Shown: positions 8,232 to 19,464, numbered from the stretch's first letter. The stretch: DNA of 52,892 nt from Alphaproteobacteria bacterium (GCA_043763155.1 JAYULW010000007.1:1-52892); one strand, 5' to 3'. The notes: generated by a model from the sequence alone, not told the origin. Made by a program: numbers and translations.

Positions 8232-10019
8232 TTATGCTACTGATTTGAATTGTAATTCCGCCAGTCTGGCATAAAGCTTACTCTGTTTCAGCAGCTCCGC
8301 ATGGGTGCCCATGGCCTCAATTTGCCCGTCATTCAGCAAAACGATACGGTCCGCCCGCGTAATGGTTGAGAGCCGGTGGGCGATCACAAAGGTCGTCCGC
8401 CCCGTCATCAGCCGGTTCAGCGCCTGCTGTATCAAATGCTCATTTTCCGAGTCCAGCGCGCTTGTCGCCTCGTCCAGAAGCAATATCCTCGGGTTGCGCA
8501 CCACCGCCCGTGCAATCGCCAGCCTCTGCCGCTGCCCGCCGGAAAGCTGCACCCCCTTTTCCCCCAAATGGGTGTCCAGCCCCTGCGGTAACCGCTGCAG
8601 GAACTCAAGCGCCGAAGCCGCATCCGCCGCCGCCATAATGTCCGCGTCGCTTGCGTCCATCCGCCCCAGCCGGATATTCTCCCGCGCCGTGCCCGTGAAA
8701 ATCACCGGGTCCTGTGGCACCAGCCCGATCAGCCCGCGCAGTTGCGGCAGCGCCATTTTGCGCAAATCCGTGCCGTTCAGCGTGATAGCCCCGGAATCCA
8801 CATCGTAAAATCGCAGCAACAGCTGGAACAGCGTGGTCTTCCCCGCACCTGAAGGCCCCACGAAAGCCACCGTGCTTCCCGGCGCCACATCCAGCGAAAA
8901 ATGGCTGATCGCCGGTTTTTCAGGCCGCATGGCATAGGTAAACGTCACATCGTCAAACCGCACCTCCGCAGGCCCCTCCACGGTAATCGCCACCGGCACG
9001 TCCGGCGAGGCCACCGCCGGCGGCAATTGCAGCAGCTCTGAAATCCGCTCCGCCGCCCCCGCCGCGCGCTGGATATCGGCCCATACTTCGCTGATCGCTC
9101 CCACCGCGCCCGCAACAACCACAGAATAAAACACAAACGCCGAAAGCTGCCCGCTGCTGATCCGCCCCGCCAGCACATCCTTGCCGCCAAACCACAGCAC
9201 CATCACAATCGCGCCGAACACCATCGTAATCACCAGCGCGGTCAGCGCCGCGCGAAACTTGATCCGCCCCAGCGCCGCGTTCAGCGCCGCATCGGCATGT
9301 TCCTCAAACCTCGCCTGCTGGAAAGGCTCCAGCACCAGCGCCTGCACCGCGCGGATGGCATTCAGGCTTTCTTCCGCAAACCCGCTGATATCGGCCACCC
9401 GGTTCTGCGATTCCTTCCCCAGCACCCGCACCCGCTTGCCCAGCATGATAATGGGGATCACCACCAGCGGCACCATCACCAGCACATATTCCGTAAGCCG
9501 CGCTGAGGTAATCATCAGCAGCACGAACCCGCCGATGAACATCAGCGTATTGCGCAGCGCAATGGAAACCGAACTGCCGATCATCGTTTGCAGCAGCGTC
9601 GTATCCGTGGTCAGCCGCGACAGCAATTCCCCCGTCCGCGTCGTTTCAAAAAACCCGATATGCATCTGTGTTAAATGCCGGTACACGTCGTTGCGGATAT
9701 CGCGCACCACCCGCTCTCCGATCAGCGATACCAGGTAAAACCGCGTATACGTCGCCCCCGCCAGCAGCAGGATAACCCCCACCAGATAGCCGAACGAACG
9801 GTCAAGAAGCGCCGGGTTTCCCTTCCCGAAACCCTCATCCACCATGTAGCGCAACCCCGCCCCCATGCCCAGCACCGCCGAAGATGTAAACAACACCGCC
9901 AGCGCAGCCGCGAAAATCTGCACCCGGTAGGGCTTCAGGTATTTCAGGATAGGCCGCAGGTGCTTCACCTCGCCCTTGGCGGGCGCCTGCGCATTCAGTG
10001 CCTGCTTATTCCTGCGCAT
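8232..10019 (-). CDS. MsbA-related ABC exporter (fused TMD + NBD)
   Basis: Six TM segments, GELLSRLTTD, Walker A GPSGAGKT, LSGGQRQR, LLLDEATSALD, IAHRLST. Confidence 0.92.
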   Translation of the reverse strand: MRRNKQALNAQAPAKGEVKHLRPILKYLKPYRVQIFAAALAVLFTSSAVLGMGAGLRYMVDEGFGKGNPALLDRSFGYLVGVILLLAGATYTRFYLVSLIGERVVRDIRNDVYRHLTQMHIGFFETTRTGELLSRLTTDTTLLQTMIGSSVSIALRNTLMFIGGFVLLMITSARLTEYVLVMVPLVVIPIIMLGKRVRVLGKESQNRVADISGFAEESLNAIRAVQALVLEPFQQARFEEHADAALNAALGRIKFRAALTALVITMVFGAIVMVLWFGGKDVLAGRISSGQLSAFVFYSVVVAGAVGAISEVWADIQRAAGAAERISELLQLPPAVASPDVPVAITVEGPAEVRFDDVTFTYAMRPEKPAISHFSLDVAPGSTVAFVGPSGAGKTTLFQLLLRFYDVDSGAITLNGTDLRKMALPQLRGLIGLVPQDPVIFTGTARENIRLGRMDASDADIMAAADAASALEFLQRLPQGLDTHLGEKGVQLSGGQRQRLAIARAVVRNPRILLLDEATSALDSENEHLIQQALNRLMTGRTTFVIAHRLSTITRADRIVLLNDGQIEAMGTHAELLKQSKLYARLAELQFKSVA

Positions 10020-10335
10020 GAATATCCACCCCCGATAATTGCCGGATTTCCGAAGCCAGCAGCTCTTCCATCACCACCCCGCTTGCCAGCGCCCAGGCCT
10101 GCCGACCCTCGTCGAACGGAAAATGCAGCCCCCCGCTGATCGGCGAAGACAGCCACACCTGCCTGCTCGGCCCGTGCTTGCTGACCACCATGGTCTTGCC
10201 CTTGGGCAGCTCCACCGTAAGCACCCCCGGCACCAGCTCCACATCAAGCACACCGCCCGCATCCGCATCTTCAATACGGTCGGAAAGCCGCGTCAGCGTC
10301 GCATCGGCCAGCCGGTTGAAATCACTATCGTTCAT
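10006..10335 (-). CDS. cyaY: Frataxin-family iron donor CyaY
   Basis: Acidic N-terminal helix, GVLTVEL, VSKHGPSRQVWLSSPISGGLHF frataxin signature. Confidence 0.9.
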   Translation of the reverse strand: MNDSDFNRLADATLTRLSDRIEDADAGGVLDVELVPGVLTVELPKGKTMVVSKHGPSRQVWLSSPISGGLHFPFDEGRQAWALASGVVMEELLASEIRQLSGVDIHAQE

Positions 10336-10540
10336 AAACTATTAACAACATTCATTTTGCATTGGAATTCACGCGCATTAGGCTACGTGCAAAACCCGCT
10401 GTCAAGCGCCGAACCGTCACAAGTTTCACCGCCTCTTGTAATCGGTAATTTATGCCCCACCTATCTATTCTTAACAGTATGTTCACACACAACATGCTAA
10501 CATAAGGCTATAGTCTGCCTAAGGAAAAGCATAATAAGGA

Positions 10541-11788
10541 ATGTTCTGGATGATGAATAACCGCGAAAACAGCCCCCTGTACAGTTTCCACGAAATGCAG
10601 GCAGCGGCACTCTCCCCCATCAACTTCATGGCCAATGCCAGCAAGGTTTTTCACTCCAACCCCTTAAGCCCGCTCACCTACACCGGCTATGGCCGCCGCA
10701 TGGCCGCCGCATCCGAAGTGCTGGAGCGCGTCACCCACCGCTACGGCAAGCCCGAATTCGGCCTCACCCATACCAAGGTCGCAGGCAAGGACGTGAAAAT
10801 CACCGAGGAGATCGTCACCGCGCTTCCTTTCTGCAACCTGCTTCATTTCCGTAAAGACATTAATAAGCAGCAGCCTAAGCTGCTCATCGTCGCCCCCATG
10901 TCCGGCCATCACGCCACCCTCTTGCGTGGCACGGTGGAAGCCCTTCTGCCCGATCTGGACGTCTACATCACCGACTGGCTGGATGCACGCAACGTGCCCA
11001 TCTACCACGGCGATTTCACACTCGAAAGCTACATTGAATACACCGTGGAATTCACCCGCCTCCTCAAAGGCGACGTGCATCTCCTTGCCGTGTGCCAGCC
11101 CTCCGTACCCGTCATGATCGCCGCCTCTGTCATGAATGAGCGCAAAGACAATCCCCCCAAATCCATGACTCTCATCGGCGGCCCCATCGACACCCGCATC
11201 AACCCCACCAAGGTCAATAAGCTGGCTTCGGAAAAGCCGCTGCAATGGTTCAAGAATAACGTCATCACCCGCGTGCCGGTGAACTATCCCGGCTTCATGC
11301 GCCGTGTCTATCCGGGCTTCCTCCAGCTCAGCGGCTTCATGCAGCTGAACCTCGACCGCCACATCAACGCCCATAAAGACCTGTTCAAGCATCTGGTGGA
11401 AGGCGACGGCGAAAGCGCAACCGCCCACCGTAAATTCTACGACGAATACCTCTCCGTGTGCGACCTGCCCGCCGAATTCTATCTCGACTGCATAGATCAG
11501 GTCTTCCAGCGCCACCTGCTGCCTAAGGGCGAATTCGTCTACGAAGGCAAAAAAGTAAAGCCCTCCGCCATCACCAAAACCGCCCTCCTCACCCTCGAAG
11601 GCGAGCTGGACGATATTTCCGGCGTAGGCCAGACCAAAGCAGCGCAAACCTTGTGCTCCGCCCTTCCCGAAGAGATGCGCACCCACTACATGCAAAAAGG
11701 CGTGGGCCATTACGGCATCTTCAACGGCCGCAAGTTCCGCGAGCATGTTGTGCCCATCATCGTGGATTTCATCGGCCGCCACGACTAA
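10541..11788 (+). CDS. phaZ: Intracellular polyhydroxyalkanoate depolymerase
   Basis: LIVAPMSGHHATLLR, DVYITDW, AVCQPSVP (catalytic Cys), LEGELDDISG, GVGHYGIFNG. Confidence 0.93.
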   Translation: MFWMMNNRENSPLYSFHEMQAAALSPINFMANASKVFHSNPLSPLTYTGYGRRMAAASEVLERVTHRYGKPEFGLTHTKVAGKDVKITEEIVTALPFCNLLHFRKDINKQQPKLLIVAPMSGHHATLLRGTVEALLPDLDVYITDWLDARNVPIYHGDFTLESYIEYTVEFTRLLKGDVHLLAVCQPSVPVMIAASVMNERKDNPPKSMTLIGGPIDTRINPTKVNKLASEKPLQWFKNNVITRVPVNYPGFMRRVYPGFLQLSGFMQLNLDRHINAHKDLFKHLVEGDGESATAHRKFYDEYLSVCDLPAEFYLDCIDQVFQRHLLPKGEFVYEGKKVKPSAITKTALLTLEGELDDISGVGQTKAAQTLCSALPEEMRTHYMQKGVGHYGIFNGRKFREHVVPIIVDFIGRHD

Positions 11789-11798
11789 ACCGGCGCGC

Positions 11799-11827
11799 TT
11801 GACGCAATCCCCCCCCTTCTCTAGGCT
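11799..11827 (+). promoter_or_regulatory. sigma70-type promoter, probably giving a leaderless mRNA
   Basis: TTGACG-17bp-TAGGCT; ATG at 11834 is 6 nt downstream with no Shine-Dalgarno. Confidence 0.6.
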
Positions 11828-11833
11828 CCGCCT

Positions 11834-13333
11834 ATGGAAGAAATCTCTCCTCTAACGCCAGCCATGCCGCCGGGCGCGTACCCCCACTCCGCATTCCGGC
11901 TCCTTTTCACCTGCCTCCTTTTTTCTTTCATCGCATACATCCTCACCGCCTCCGGCGCTGCGATGTTTACAGACACCGACCCTCTCTGGCATCTCGCCGC
12001 AGGCGATCTCATCCGCCAGATTCACAGCATCCCCACCGTCGACCCCTGGTCGTTTACCGCAGGCAAATACCGCTGGCTCAATATTTCCTGGGGCTGGGAC
12101 ACCGCCATGAGCTGGGTGCATGACACCGGGGGCTGGCATGCCATGATCGCGCTCAATGCGCTCACCATCGCCGCCATCATCGCCGTGGTATTCTACACCT
12201 GCCTGACATACAGCGGCAGCTTCCTCGCCAGCCTCGCCGCCACCGTCGGCGCCATCACCTTGCTATCCCTCTCACTGCGCCCGCTGCAGGTCAGCAACCT
12301 CATGGTCGCGCTGTGGTTCCTGCTTCTGGGCCTTATCCTCCGTAAGCGCCTTTCCCCCCTCTGGCTTCTCCTTTTCCCTTTGTTAAGCCTGCTTTGGGTA
12401 AACATCCATGGCGGCTTTATCATGGTTCCGCTCCTGCTGGGCGCGTTCCTCCTTCAGGCAGCCCTGCGCCGTGAAGCCCGCCTCGCAAACGCTTTGCTCG
12501 GAAGCCTGCTTACCTGCACCGCCGTGCTAAGCTGCAATCCCTATGGGCTGGAAATAATCGAAGCCGTTCGCAGGCCGCTGGCCACCGTGGCCAACCGCTT
12601 TATCCTTGAATGGCAGCCTTTCTCCTTCACCGCCGCAAATATGGTCTCCCACCTCGACGTATTCGCCTTCCTGCTTGTCGCCTTCCTCCCCACCCGCAAG
12701 CTCCTCCCGGCTGAGCGCTACTTGGCGCTGCTCTGGTGCGCACTGAGCTTCACCGCTAACCGCTACCTCTCCATTTTCGCCATTCTCGGCGCCCCCACCC
12801 TTGCCTGCGCCGTCGCCGCCATTCTTCCTTCCCAGCCATCAAAACTCACCACCACCCTGCTCAACGCGTACGATAAAAAACCCCTCGCCTATAGCGTCCT
12901 CGCCGCCTCCATGCTGCTTGCGGCATGGCTCCCCACCGCCTCGGCCAGCGCGTACTTAAAACAGCAATTTCTCGCCCCAAATCACATGGCCGAGGAAATC
13001 AACTTCATGAAACAATACCCCTCCATCCATTTCCTCACCCATTTCAACCTCGCCGCCATCGTGGCCTACGAAACCCGGGGCGAAGTTCCCGTCTTCGTAG
13101 ACCCTCGCACCGAAACCGCCTTCCCCCCCGAAATATTGCAGGCCTACCTCCAGTTCCATTACGGGCTCCCTGGCTGGCAGGAACTCCTCACCGACTATGA
13201 TATTGGCGGCGTCGTGCTCCCCCTCCCCGGCCATGATCCTGAAAACGACGCCATTCTCCAGCGTTTCCACGCCATGCCCGGCTGGTACGCGGCCTTTACC
13301 GGCCCCACCGCAATTGTTTTTCTTCGCCAATAG
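11834..13333 (+). CDS. Polytopic membrane protein resembling GT-C-fold glycosyltransferases
   Basis: ~12 TM segments; first loop DTDPLWHLAAG..IPTVDPWSFT, LWVNIHGGF, EWQP, C-terminal soluble domain with PVFVDPR. Confidence 0.65.
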   Translation: MEEISPLTPAMPPGAYPHSAFRLLFTCLLFSFIAYILTASGAAMFTDTDPLWHLAAGDLIRQIHSIPTVDPWSFTAGKYRWLNISWGWDTAMSWVHDTGGWHAMIALNALTIAAIIAVVFYTCLTYSGSFLASLAATVGAITLLSLSLRPLQVSNLMVALWFLLLGLILRKRLSPLWLLLFPLLSLLWVNIHGGFIMVPLLLGAFLLQAALRREARLANALLGSLLTCTAVLSCNPYGLEIIEAVRRPLATVANRFILEWQPFSFTAANMVSHLDVFAFLLVAFLPTRKLLPAERYLALLWCALSFTANRYLSIFAILGAPTLACAVAAILPSQPSKLTTTLLNAYDKKPLAYSVLAASMLLAAWLPTASASAYLKQQFLAPNHMAEEINFMKQYPSIHFLTHFNLAAIVAYETRGEVPVFVDPRTETAFPPEILQAYLQFHYGLPGWQELLTDYDIGGVVLPLPGHDPENDAILQRFHAMPGWYAAFTGPTAIVFLRQ

Positions 13334-13389
13334 CCTAAGAATTATTAATTATTATCTGCTATGCTCTAGCTAAACCTTAGGAAAAGCGA

Positions 13390-14484
13390 ATGCCAGATAC
13401 CCAATGGCTTAAAAAATTCGCGCCGTGGCTCGTTGAGCACACGGGCGCAACTGGCTTGGAAGCCATGGAAGTGCACGCCGCCAATCACATGGTGACCAAA
13501 CTTCAGGTGCAGCGCATCGGCACGCTTCAGGAAATACGCGATGCCGTGGCCACTTACGTCATCCACGGCAAAACCGAGGGCGATCCGCCACTGGTCAACA
13601 GCTTCGACATGGAACAGCTACAGATTGAATCGCGCCGTCAGGCCAGCGCCGATCTCGGCGCTAAATTCGGCAAATTGCAGGCAAGCATGGAACGCTCCAA
13701 AGCAGCCGAGGTCGTAGCCTTTAATCGCACTCTCGAAGAGATGCTGCAACTTCGCTACGCCGAAACCCCGCAAACCGCCGCAGATTATCTGCCCTTGATA
13801 CAAGCCGCCTACGCCAAGGATCACGGCCAGCCCTTGTTCAGCCGGGAAGGCGAAATGGCTTCACTGGAATTCACCGGGGGCCGCACCCTGCCCGAGGCCG
13901 CAAAAGAAGTATATGACCAGATAAAGCGTGTCACCGGCTTCGGCCCCGAATCATGGCGCAGGCGCGATGAACGCCTCGAATATCACGCCGCTGAAACGCT
14001 GAAAACTCAGTTTCCATCCGCACCTCCCGAAGAAATCACCCGGAAAGTAAAAGAAAAAGAATACGGCTCAAGTGTCGAAATAAGCTTCGATAAAAAAGAA
14101 ATGCGCCGGAAAAGCTTCTCAGACCTGCTCAGGGCAGAAATTGCAACAGCTCCTCTCAGCCCCGCCATGCGCGATGAGCGCAAAGAACTATACGCCATAC
14201 TGGATAAGGAAATCACCCCCGAAGCACTGAAATTGCACGTAGAGCCGCATATGCGCATCAACACCTATCACTTAGCCATGAATATGTATGATGCACAGCA
14301 TAGCGGCCATAAGCGCACGATAGGAAATCCCGATATTGTCGCGCTTTACCGCGAAACCCTGTTAAAACTGGAACAGCAGGAAAAAGCGCCCCTTCAGGGC
14401 AAGCTTAAAGCCGACGGTTCAGGCCGCAGCGAGGGCCCCCGCCCCACCGCTCCGAAAAGCGACGGCCCCGAAGGCATAGCCTAG
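13390..14484 (+). CDS. Hypothetical 364-aa charged helical orphan protein
   Basis: Long ORF with upstream AGGA, fills the space between genes; no recognisable motif; disordered C-terminal tail. Confidence 0.8.
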   Translation: MPDTQWLKKFAPWLVEHTGATGLEAMEVHAANHMVTKLQVQRIGTLQEIRDAVATYVIHGKTEGDPPLVNSFDMEQLQIESRRQASADLGAKFGKLQASMERSKAAEVVAFNRTLEEMLQLRYAETPQTAADYLPLIQAAYAKDHGQPLFSREGEMASLEFTGGRTLPEAAKEVYDQIKRVTGFGPESWRRRDERLEYHAAETLKTQFPSAPPEEITRKVKEKEYGSSVEISFDKKEMRRKSFSDLLRAEIATAPLSPAMRDERKELYAILDKEITPEALKLHVEPHMRINTYHLAMNMYDAQHSGHKRTIGNPDIVALYRETLLKLEQQEKAPLQGKLKADGSGRSEGPRPTAPKSDGPEGIA

Positions 14485-14510
14485 CATTCCCCAAGCTTTT
14501 CGTTATGCAC

Positions 14511-14539
14511 TTGACGCGCTGCCCGCACTTCTTTATTGT
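14511..14539 (+). promoter_or_regulatory. sigma70-type promoter of carA
   Basis: TTGACG-17bp-TATTGT. Confidence 0.6.
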
Positions 14540-14611
14540 CCGGCAGATTTAGCTGCTTTTACGCACACACCCAACACAATAACCCGCTGGAAAAGGTAAG
14601 AAAAACACCTC

Positions 14612-15784
14612 ATGGCCGATTCGCGCACCCACATCCCTCCCCACGCCAACGCCTGCCTCATGCTCGCAGACGGCAAAGTGTTTTTCGGGAAGGGCGTAGG
14701 CGCCCCCGGCACCGGCATCGGCGAAATCTGTTTCAACACCGCCATGACCGGCTATCAGGAAGTCATTACCGACCTGTCCTTCGCAGGCCAGATCATCACC
14801 TTCACCTTCCCCCATATCGGCAATGTCGGCACCAACGATGAAGACCTCGAAGCCGTAAAACCCCATATCAGCGGCATCGTCATCCGCGAAAACATCACCG
14901 AGCCCTCCAGCTTCCGCTCCACCGCCCACCTGCAAAGCTGGCTCGCAAGATACACCATCACCGGTATCTGCGCCGTTGACACCCGTGCACTCACCCGCCA
15001 CATCCGCAAATTCGGCGCGCAGAACGCCGCCATCTGCTTCCTGAAAGAAGGCGAATCCTTCGATTTCACTAAACTCCAGAGCCAGATCCTCGGCTGCCCG
15101 GACATGACCGGCCGCGAACTCGCCGCCGAAGTCACCACCCCAAAAACCTATGAATGGACCCAGACCAGCTGGAAACTCGGCTCCGGCTTCGGCACCCAGT
15201 CCGCCCCCCGCCGCCATGTCGTCGCCATCGACTACGGTGAAAAGCTCAACATCCTCCGCAGCCTCGCCGAGCGGGATTGCAAGGTCACCGTCGTCCCCGC
15301 CCAGACCAAGGCGGAAGACATCATGAAACTGAATCCCGACGGCATCTTCCTCAGTAACGGCCCAGGCGACCCCGCCGCCACCGGCGTCTATGCCGTGCCC
15401 GAACTGCAAAAACTCATCGCCACCGGCACCCCTGTCATCGGCATCTGCCTCGGCCACCAGTTGCTCGGCATCGCCTTGGGCGGCAAAACCGCCAAACTGC
15501 CACAGGGCCACCGCGGCGCAAACCAGCCTGTGAAAAACCTCGAAACCGGCGCCGTCGAAATCACCAGCCAGAATCACGGCTTCGCCGTCATGCCCGAAAG
15601 CCTTCCCAAAAATGTGAAAATGACCCATGTCTCCTTGTTCGACGGCGTGTGCGAAGGCCTGAAAAGCACCGACAAGCCGGTCTTTTCCGTGCAATACCAC
15701 CCCGAATCCTCCCCCGGCCCCCATGACAGCCGCTACCTCTTCGATAACTTCATCGCCATGATGGATAAAAAAGATGCGCGCTAG
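14612..15784 (+). CDS. carA: Carbamoyl-phosphate synthase small subunit
   Basis: GEICFNTAMTGYQE, FLSNGPGDP, GICLGHQ, SQNHGF, SVQYHPE. Confidence 0.98.
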   Translation: MADSRTHIPPHANACLMLADGKVFFGKGVGAPGTGIGEICFNTAMTGYQEVITDLSFAGQIITFTFPHIGNVGTNDEDLEAVKPHISGIVIRENITEPSSFRSTAHLQSWLARYTITGICAVDTRALTRHIRKFGAQNAAICFLKEGESFDFTKLQSQILGCPDMTGRELAAEVTTPKTYEWTQTSWKLGSGFGTQSAPRRHVVAIDYGEKLNILRSLAERDCKVTVVPAQTKAEDIMKLNPDGIFLSNGPGDPAATGVYAVPELQKLIATGTPVIGICLGHQLLGIALGGKTAKLPQGHRGANQPVKNLETGAVEITSQNHGFAVMPESLPKNVKMTHVSLFDGVCEGLKSTDKPVFSVQYHPESSPGPHDSRYLFDNFIAMMDKKDAR

Positions 15785-16235
15785 ACTGGCTCTTCTCCTC
15801 GCCCTTTTCGCCTTCCCCGCCTATGCGGAAGACCCCGCCGCCAGCGAGCGCACACAGGAAACCATTCCCGTAGGCGATAGCCGCTTCCTCATCTTCGTAG
15901 GCGCGCCCGACGACGGCCAGATCGGCTACACCGTGGACCTCATCAAGGTCGATGACGGCACGCCTTATTACATTCCCCTATTCATGGAAGAATATAACCA
16001 TGACACCAACACCGCACAGCTCAGCTATGGCGTGGCCTTCGAAGCCGTAAGCTACCACTACAACAAAACCGAGCACACCCTCGACATCCGCAGCATCGCC
16101 CCCGAAACCAAAACCCGGCTGGATTTGCATTACACGCTGGACGACGACATCCTCCACCTCCAGTCCGTCATGTCCCAGCCCGAGACATGCAAAAAAGACT
16201 GCAAGGCAAAACAAATATATACCAAGAAATCCTAG
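15774..16235 (+). CDS. Hypothetical exported protein
   Basis: Signal peptide [18 protein letters not shown]; overlaps the carA stop; C-terminal CxxxC. Confidence 0.7.
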   Translation: MRARLALLLALFAFPAYAEDPAASERTQETIPVGDSRFLIFVGAPDDGQIGYTVDLIKVDDGTPYYIPLFMEEYNHDTNTAQLSYGVAFEAVSYHYNKTEHTLDIRSIAPETKTRLDLHYTLDDDILHLQSVMSQPETCKKDCKAKQIYTKKS

Positions 16236-16242
16236 GAAACCC

Positions 16243-19200
16243 ATGCCTAAACGCACAGATATCAAATCCATCCTCATCATCGGCGCCGGCCCCATCGTCA
16301 TCGGCCAGGCCTGCGAGTTCGATTATTCCGGCACGCAAGCCTGCAAAATCCTGCGCGAGGAAGGCTACCGCATCATCCTGGTGAATTCCAACCCCGCCAC
16401 CATCATGACCGACCCCGAATTCGCCGATGCCACCTACATTGAGCCCATCACCCCGCAAATGGTCGCCAAGATCATCGAAAAAGAACGCCCAGACGCCCTG
16501 CTGCCCACCATGGGCGGCCAGACCGCGCTGAACTGCGCCAAGGCGCTGGCCGAAAACGGCACGCTGGAAAAATACAACGTTGAACTCATCGGCGCGCGGC
16601 TGGAGTCCATCAACAAAGCAGAAGACCGCTTGCTGTTCGGTAACGCCATGGCCAAAATCGGCCTCGAAGTCCCCAAAAACGCCGTGGTCAAATCCCTCGA
16701 AGAAGCCCGCGCCGCCAAGGAAAAAATCGGCCTCCCCGTCGTCATCCGCCCCAGCTTCACCATGGGCGGCGCAGGCGGCGGCATCGCCTACAACTCCGAA
16801 GAATTCGACCAGATCATCCTGTCGGGCATAGACGCATCCCCCATCGGCGAAGTCATGATTGACGAGTCCGTACTGGGCTGGAAAGAATACGAAATGGAAG
16901 TCGTCCGCGACCGCGCCGACAACTGCATCATCATCTGCTCCATCGAAAACATTGACCCCATGGGCGTCCACACCGGCGACTCCATCACCGTCGCCCCTGC
17001 GCTCACGCTCACCGACAAAGAATACCAGATCATGCGCAACGCCTCCTTCGCGGTGCTGCGTGAAATCGGCGTAGACACCGGCGGCTCCAACGTGCAATTC
17101 GCCGTAAACCCCAAAGATGGCCGCATGGTGGTCATCGAAATGAACCCCCGCGTGTCGCGCTCCTCCGCGCTCGCCTCCAAAGCCACGGGCTTCCCCATCG
17201 CCAAAGTCGCCGCCAAACTGGCAGTCGGCTACACCCTCGACGAAATCCTGAACGACGTCACCAAAGTAACCCCCGCATCGTTTGAACCGACGCTGGATTA
17301 CATCGTCGTTAAAATCCCCCGTTTCACCTTCGAAAAATTCCCCGGCACCGAACCCCTCCTCACCACCGCCATGAAATCCGTCGGCGAATCCATGGCCATG
17401 GGCCGCAACTTCGCCGAATCCCTCCAGAAAGCCCTCCGCTCACTGGAAACGGGCCTCACGGGCCTGAACGAAATGGCCGACATCAAAACCGCCGACGAAG
17501 CCCGCGCCCAGCTCGCCCGCCCCACGCCCGACCGCTTACTGGTCGCTGCCCAAGCCCTGCGCCTCGGCGTATCCGTCGAAGACATCCACAATATCGCCAA
17601 ATACGACCCATGGTTCATCCGCCAGCTCAAAGACCTGATTGATGTCGAATCGAACATCAAAGCAGGCAAATGGAAAACTGCCGACGAACTCACCCACATC
17701 AAATCCTTGGGCTTCTGCGACAAGCGCATCGCTGAGTTAGCTGGGACGACTGCCGAAGCCGTCGCCAAGTTACGCGACACCTGCAAGGTGCAACCCGTGT
17801 TCAAGCGCGTGGACACCTGCGCCGCCGAATTCGACTCCGCCACGCCCTACATGTACTCCACCTACGAGGGCATCGGCGCGGAATGCGAATCCGACCCCAC
17901 CGACAAAGAAAAAATCATCATCCTCGGCGGCGGCCCCAACCGCATCGGCCAGGGCATCGAATTCGACTATTGCTGCGTCCACGCCGCCTACGCCCTAAAG
18001 GAAGCCGGATACGAAACGATCATGGTGAACTGCAACCCCGAAACCGTTTCCACCGACTACGACACCTCCGACCGCCTCTATTTCGAGCCGCTCACCGCTG
18101 AAGATGTCCTCGCTATCATCCGCACCGAACAAAAAAACGGTAAGCTGAAGGGCGTCATCGTCCAGTTCGGCGGCCAAACCCCGCTGAAACTCGCCCGCGC
18201 GCTTGAGGCTGCAGGCGTCCCCATCATCGGCACCTCGCCCGACTCCATTGACCTCGCCGAAGACCGCGACCGCTTCCGCAATCTGGTAGACCAGCTCGGC
18301 CTCAAACAACCCAAATCCGCCATCGGCCGCACCACCAAAGAAATTATGGACCAGGCTGGCGACATCGGCTTCCCCCTGCTCGTGCGCCCCTCCTACGTCC
18401 TCGGCGGCCGCGCCATGGCCATCATGTACGACGAACCTTCGCTCGCCAAATACGTGGATGAACTCACCAAAATGTTCGGCGACGGCCCCATCCTGATTGA
18501 TTCCTACCTGCAAGACGCCATCGAACTCGACGTAGACGCCCTCTCCGACGGTACCGACGTGTTCGTAGCCGGCATCATGCAGCACATCGAAGAAGCGGGC
18601 ATCCACTCCGGCGACTCCGCCTGCTCCCTGCCGCCTTATTCGCTCGATGGCGCACTCCTCATCACCATCCGCGAACAAGCCAAAAAACTCGCCATGGCCT
18701 TAAAGGTTATCGGCCTCATGAACATTCAGTTCGCGGTCAAAAACGGCGAGATCTACCTGATTGAGGTAAACCCCCGCGCCAGCCGCACCGTGCCTTTCGT
18801 TGCTAAATCCATCGGCATTCCGGTGGCCAAAATCGCCGCCCGCATCATGGCCGGTGAAAAGCTCGCCAGCTTCAAGCTCGGCGACTACAAAATCCCGACC
18901 CATGTCTGCGTGAAGGAAGCCGTGTTCCCCTTCGCCCGCTTCCCCGGCGTAGACGTCATCCTCGGCCCCGAAATGAAATCCACAGGCGAAGCCATGGGCA
19001 TTGACTCCGACTTCGCCCGCGCCTTCGCCAAGTCCCAGCTTTCGGCAGGCTCCACCATTCCCGCCGCTGGCTGCGTGTTCGTATCCGTCAAAGAAACCGA
19101 CAAAGCAAGCGTCACCCCCGTCGTGCAGCAGCTCTCCGAGCTTGGCTTCACCATTGTGGCAACGTCGGGCACCGCCGCCCATTTTGAAAAAGCAGGCCTC

Positions 19201-19464
19201 AAGGTCAAAACCATCAACAAAGTGCGCGAAGGCCGCCCCCATGTGGTAGATATGATGAAAGACAATGGCATAGCCCTCGTCATCAACACCACCGACGGCG
19301 CGCAGTCGCTGGCCGACTCCTTCAGCATCCGCCGCACCGCCCTTCTTAATAAAATCCCTTATTACACCACCATAGCGGGCGCCCGCGCCGTGACACAGGC
19401 CATCGCCTCCATCCGCGAAGGTCAGGGGCTTGACGTAAAGTCGTTACAGGCGTATTTCAAATAA
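16243..19464 (+). CDS. carB: Carbamoyl-phosphate synthase large subunit
   Basis: [30 protein letters not shown] start, two ATP-grasp halves, MGS-like C-terminus. Confidence 0.99.
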   Translation: MPKRTDIKSILIIGAGPIVIGQACEFDYSGTQACKILREEGYRIILVNSNPATIMTDPEFADATYIEPITPQMVAKIIEKERPDALLPTMGGQTALNCAKALAENGTLEKYNVELIGARLESINKAEDRLLFGNAMAKIGLEVPKNAVVKSLEEARAAKEKIGLPVVIRPSFTMGGAGGGIAYNSEEFDQIILSGIDASPIGEVMIDESVLGWKEYEMEVVRDRADNCIIICSIENIDPMGVHTGDSITVAPALTLTDKEYQIMRNASFAVLREIGVDTGGSNVQFAVNPKDGRMVVIEMNPRVSRSSALASKATGFPIAKVAAKLAVGYTLDEILNDVTKVTPASFEPTLDYIVVKIPRFTFEKFPGTEPLLTTAMKSVGESMAMGRNFAESLQKALRSLETGLTGLNEMADIKTADEARAQLARPTPDRLLVAAQALRLGVSVEDIHNIAKYDPWFIRQLKDLIDVESNIKAGKWKTADELTHIKSLGFCDKRIAELAGTTAEAVAKLRDTCKVQPVFKRVDTCAAEFDSATPYMYSTYEGIGAECESDPTDKEKIIILGGGPNRIGQGIEFDYCCVHAAYALKEAGYETIMVNCNPETVSTDYDTSDRLYFEPLTAEDVLAIIRTEQKNGKLKGVIVQFGGQTPLKLARALEAAGVPIIGTSPDSIDLAEDRDRFRNLVDQLGLKQPKSAIGRTTKEIMDQAGDIGFPLLVRPSYVLGGRAMAIMYDEPSLAKYVDELTKMFGDGPILIDSYLQDAIELDVDALSDGTDVFVAGIMQHIEEAGIHSGDSACSLPPYSLDGALLITIREQAKKLAMALKVIGLMNIQFAVKNGEIYLIEVNPRASRTVPFVAKSIGIPVAKIAARIMAGEKLASFKLGDYKIPTHVCVKEAVFPFARFPGVDVILGPEMKSTGEAMGIDSDFARAFAKSQLSAGSTIPAAGCVFVSVKETDKASVTPVVQQLSELGFTIVATSGTAAHFEKAGLKVKTINKVREGRPHVVDMMKDNGIALVINTTDGAQSLADSFSIRRTALLNKIPYYTTIAGARAVTQAIASIREGQGLDVKSLQAYFK

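Noticed and set aside
14549-15724. 391-aa minus-strand ORF
   Set aside because: Antisense shadow of carA. The same applies to 10664-11782 (phaZ), 16168-17097 (carB), 27059-28000 (argB) and 43272-44339
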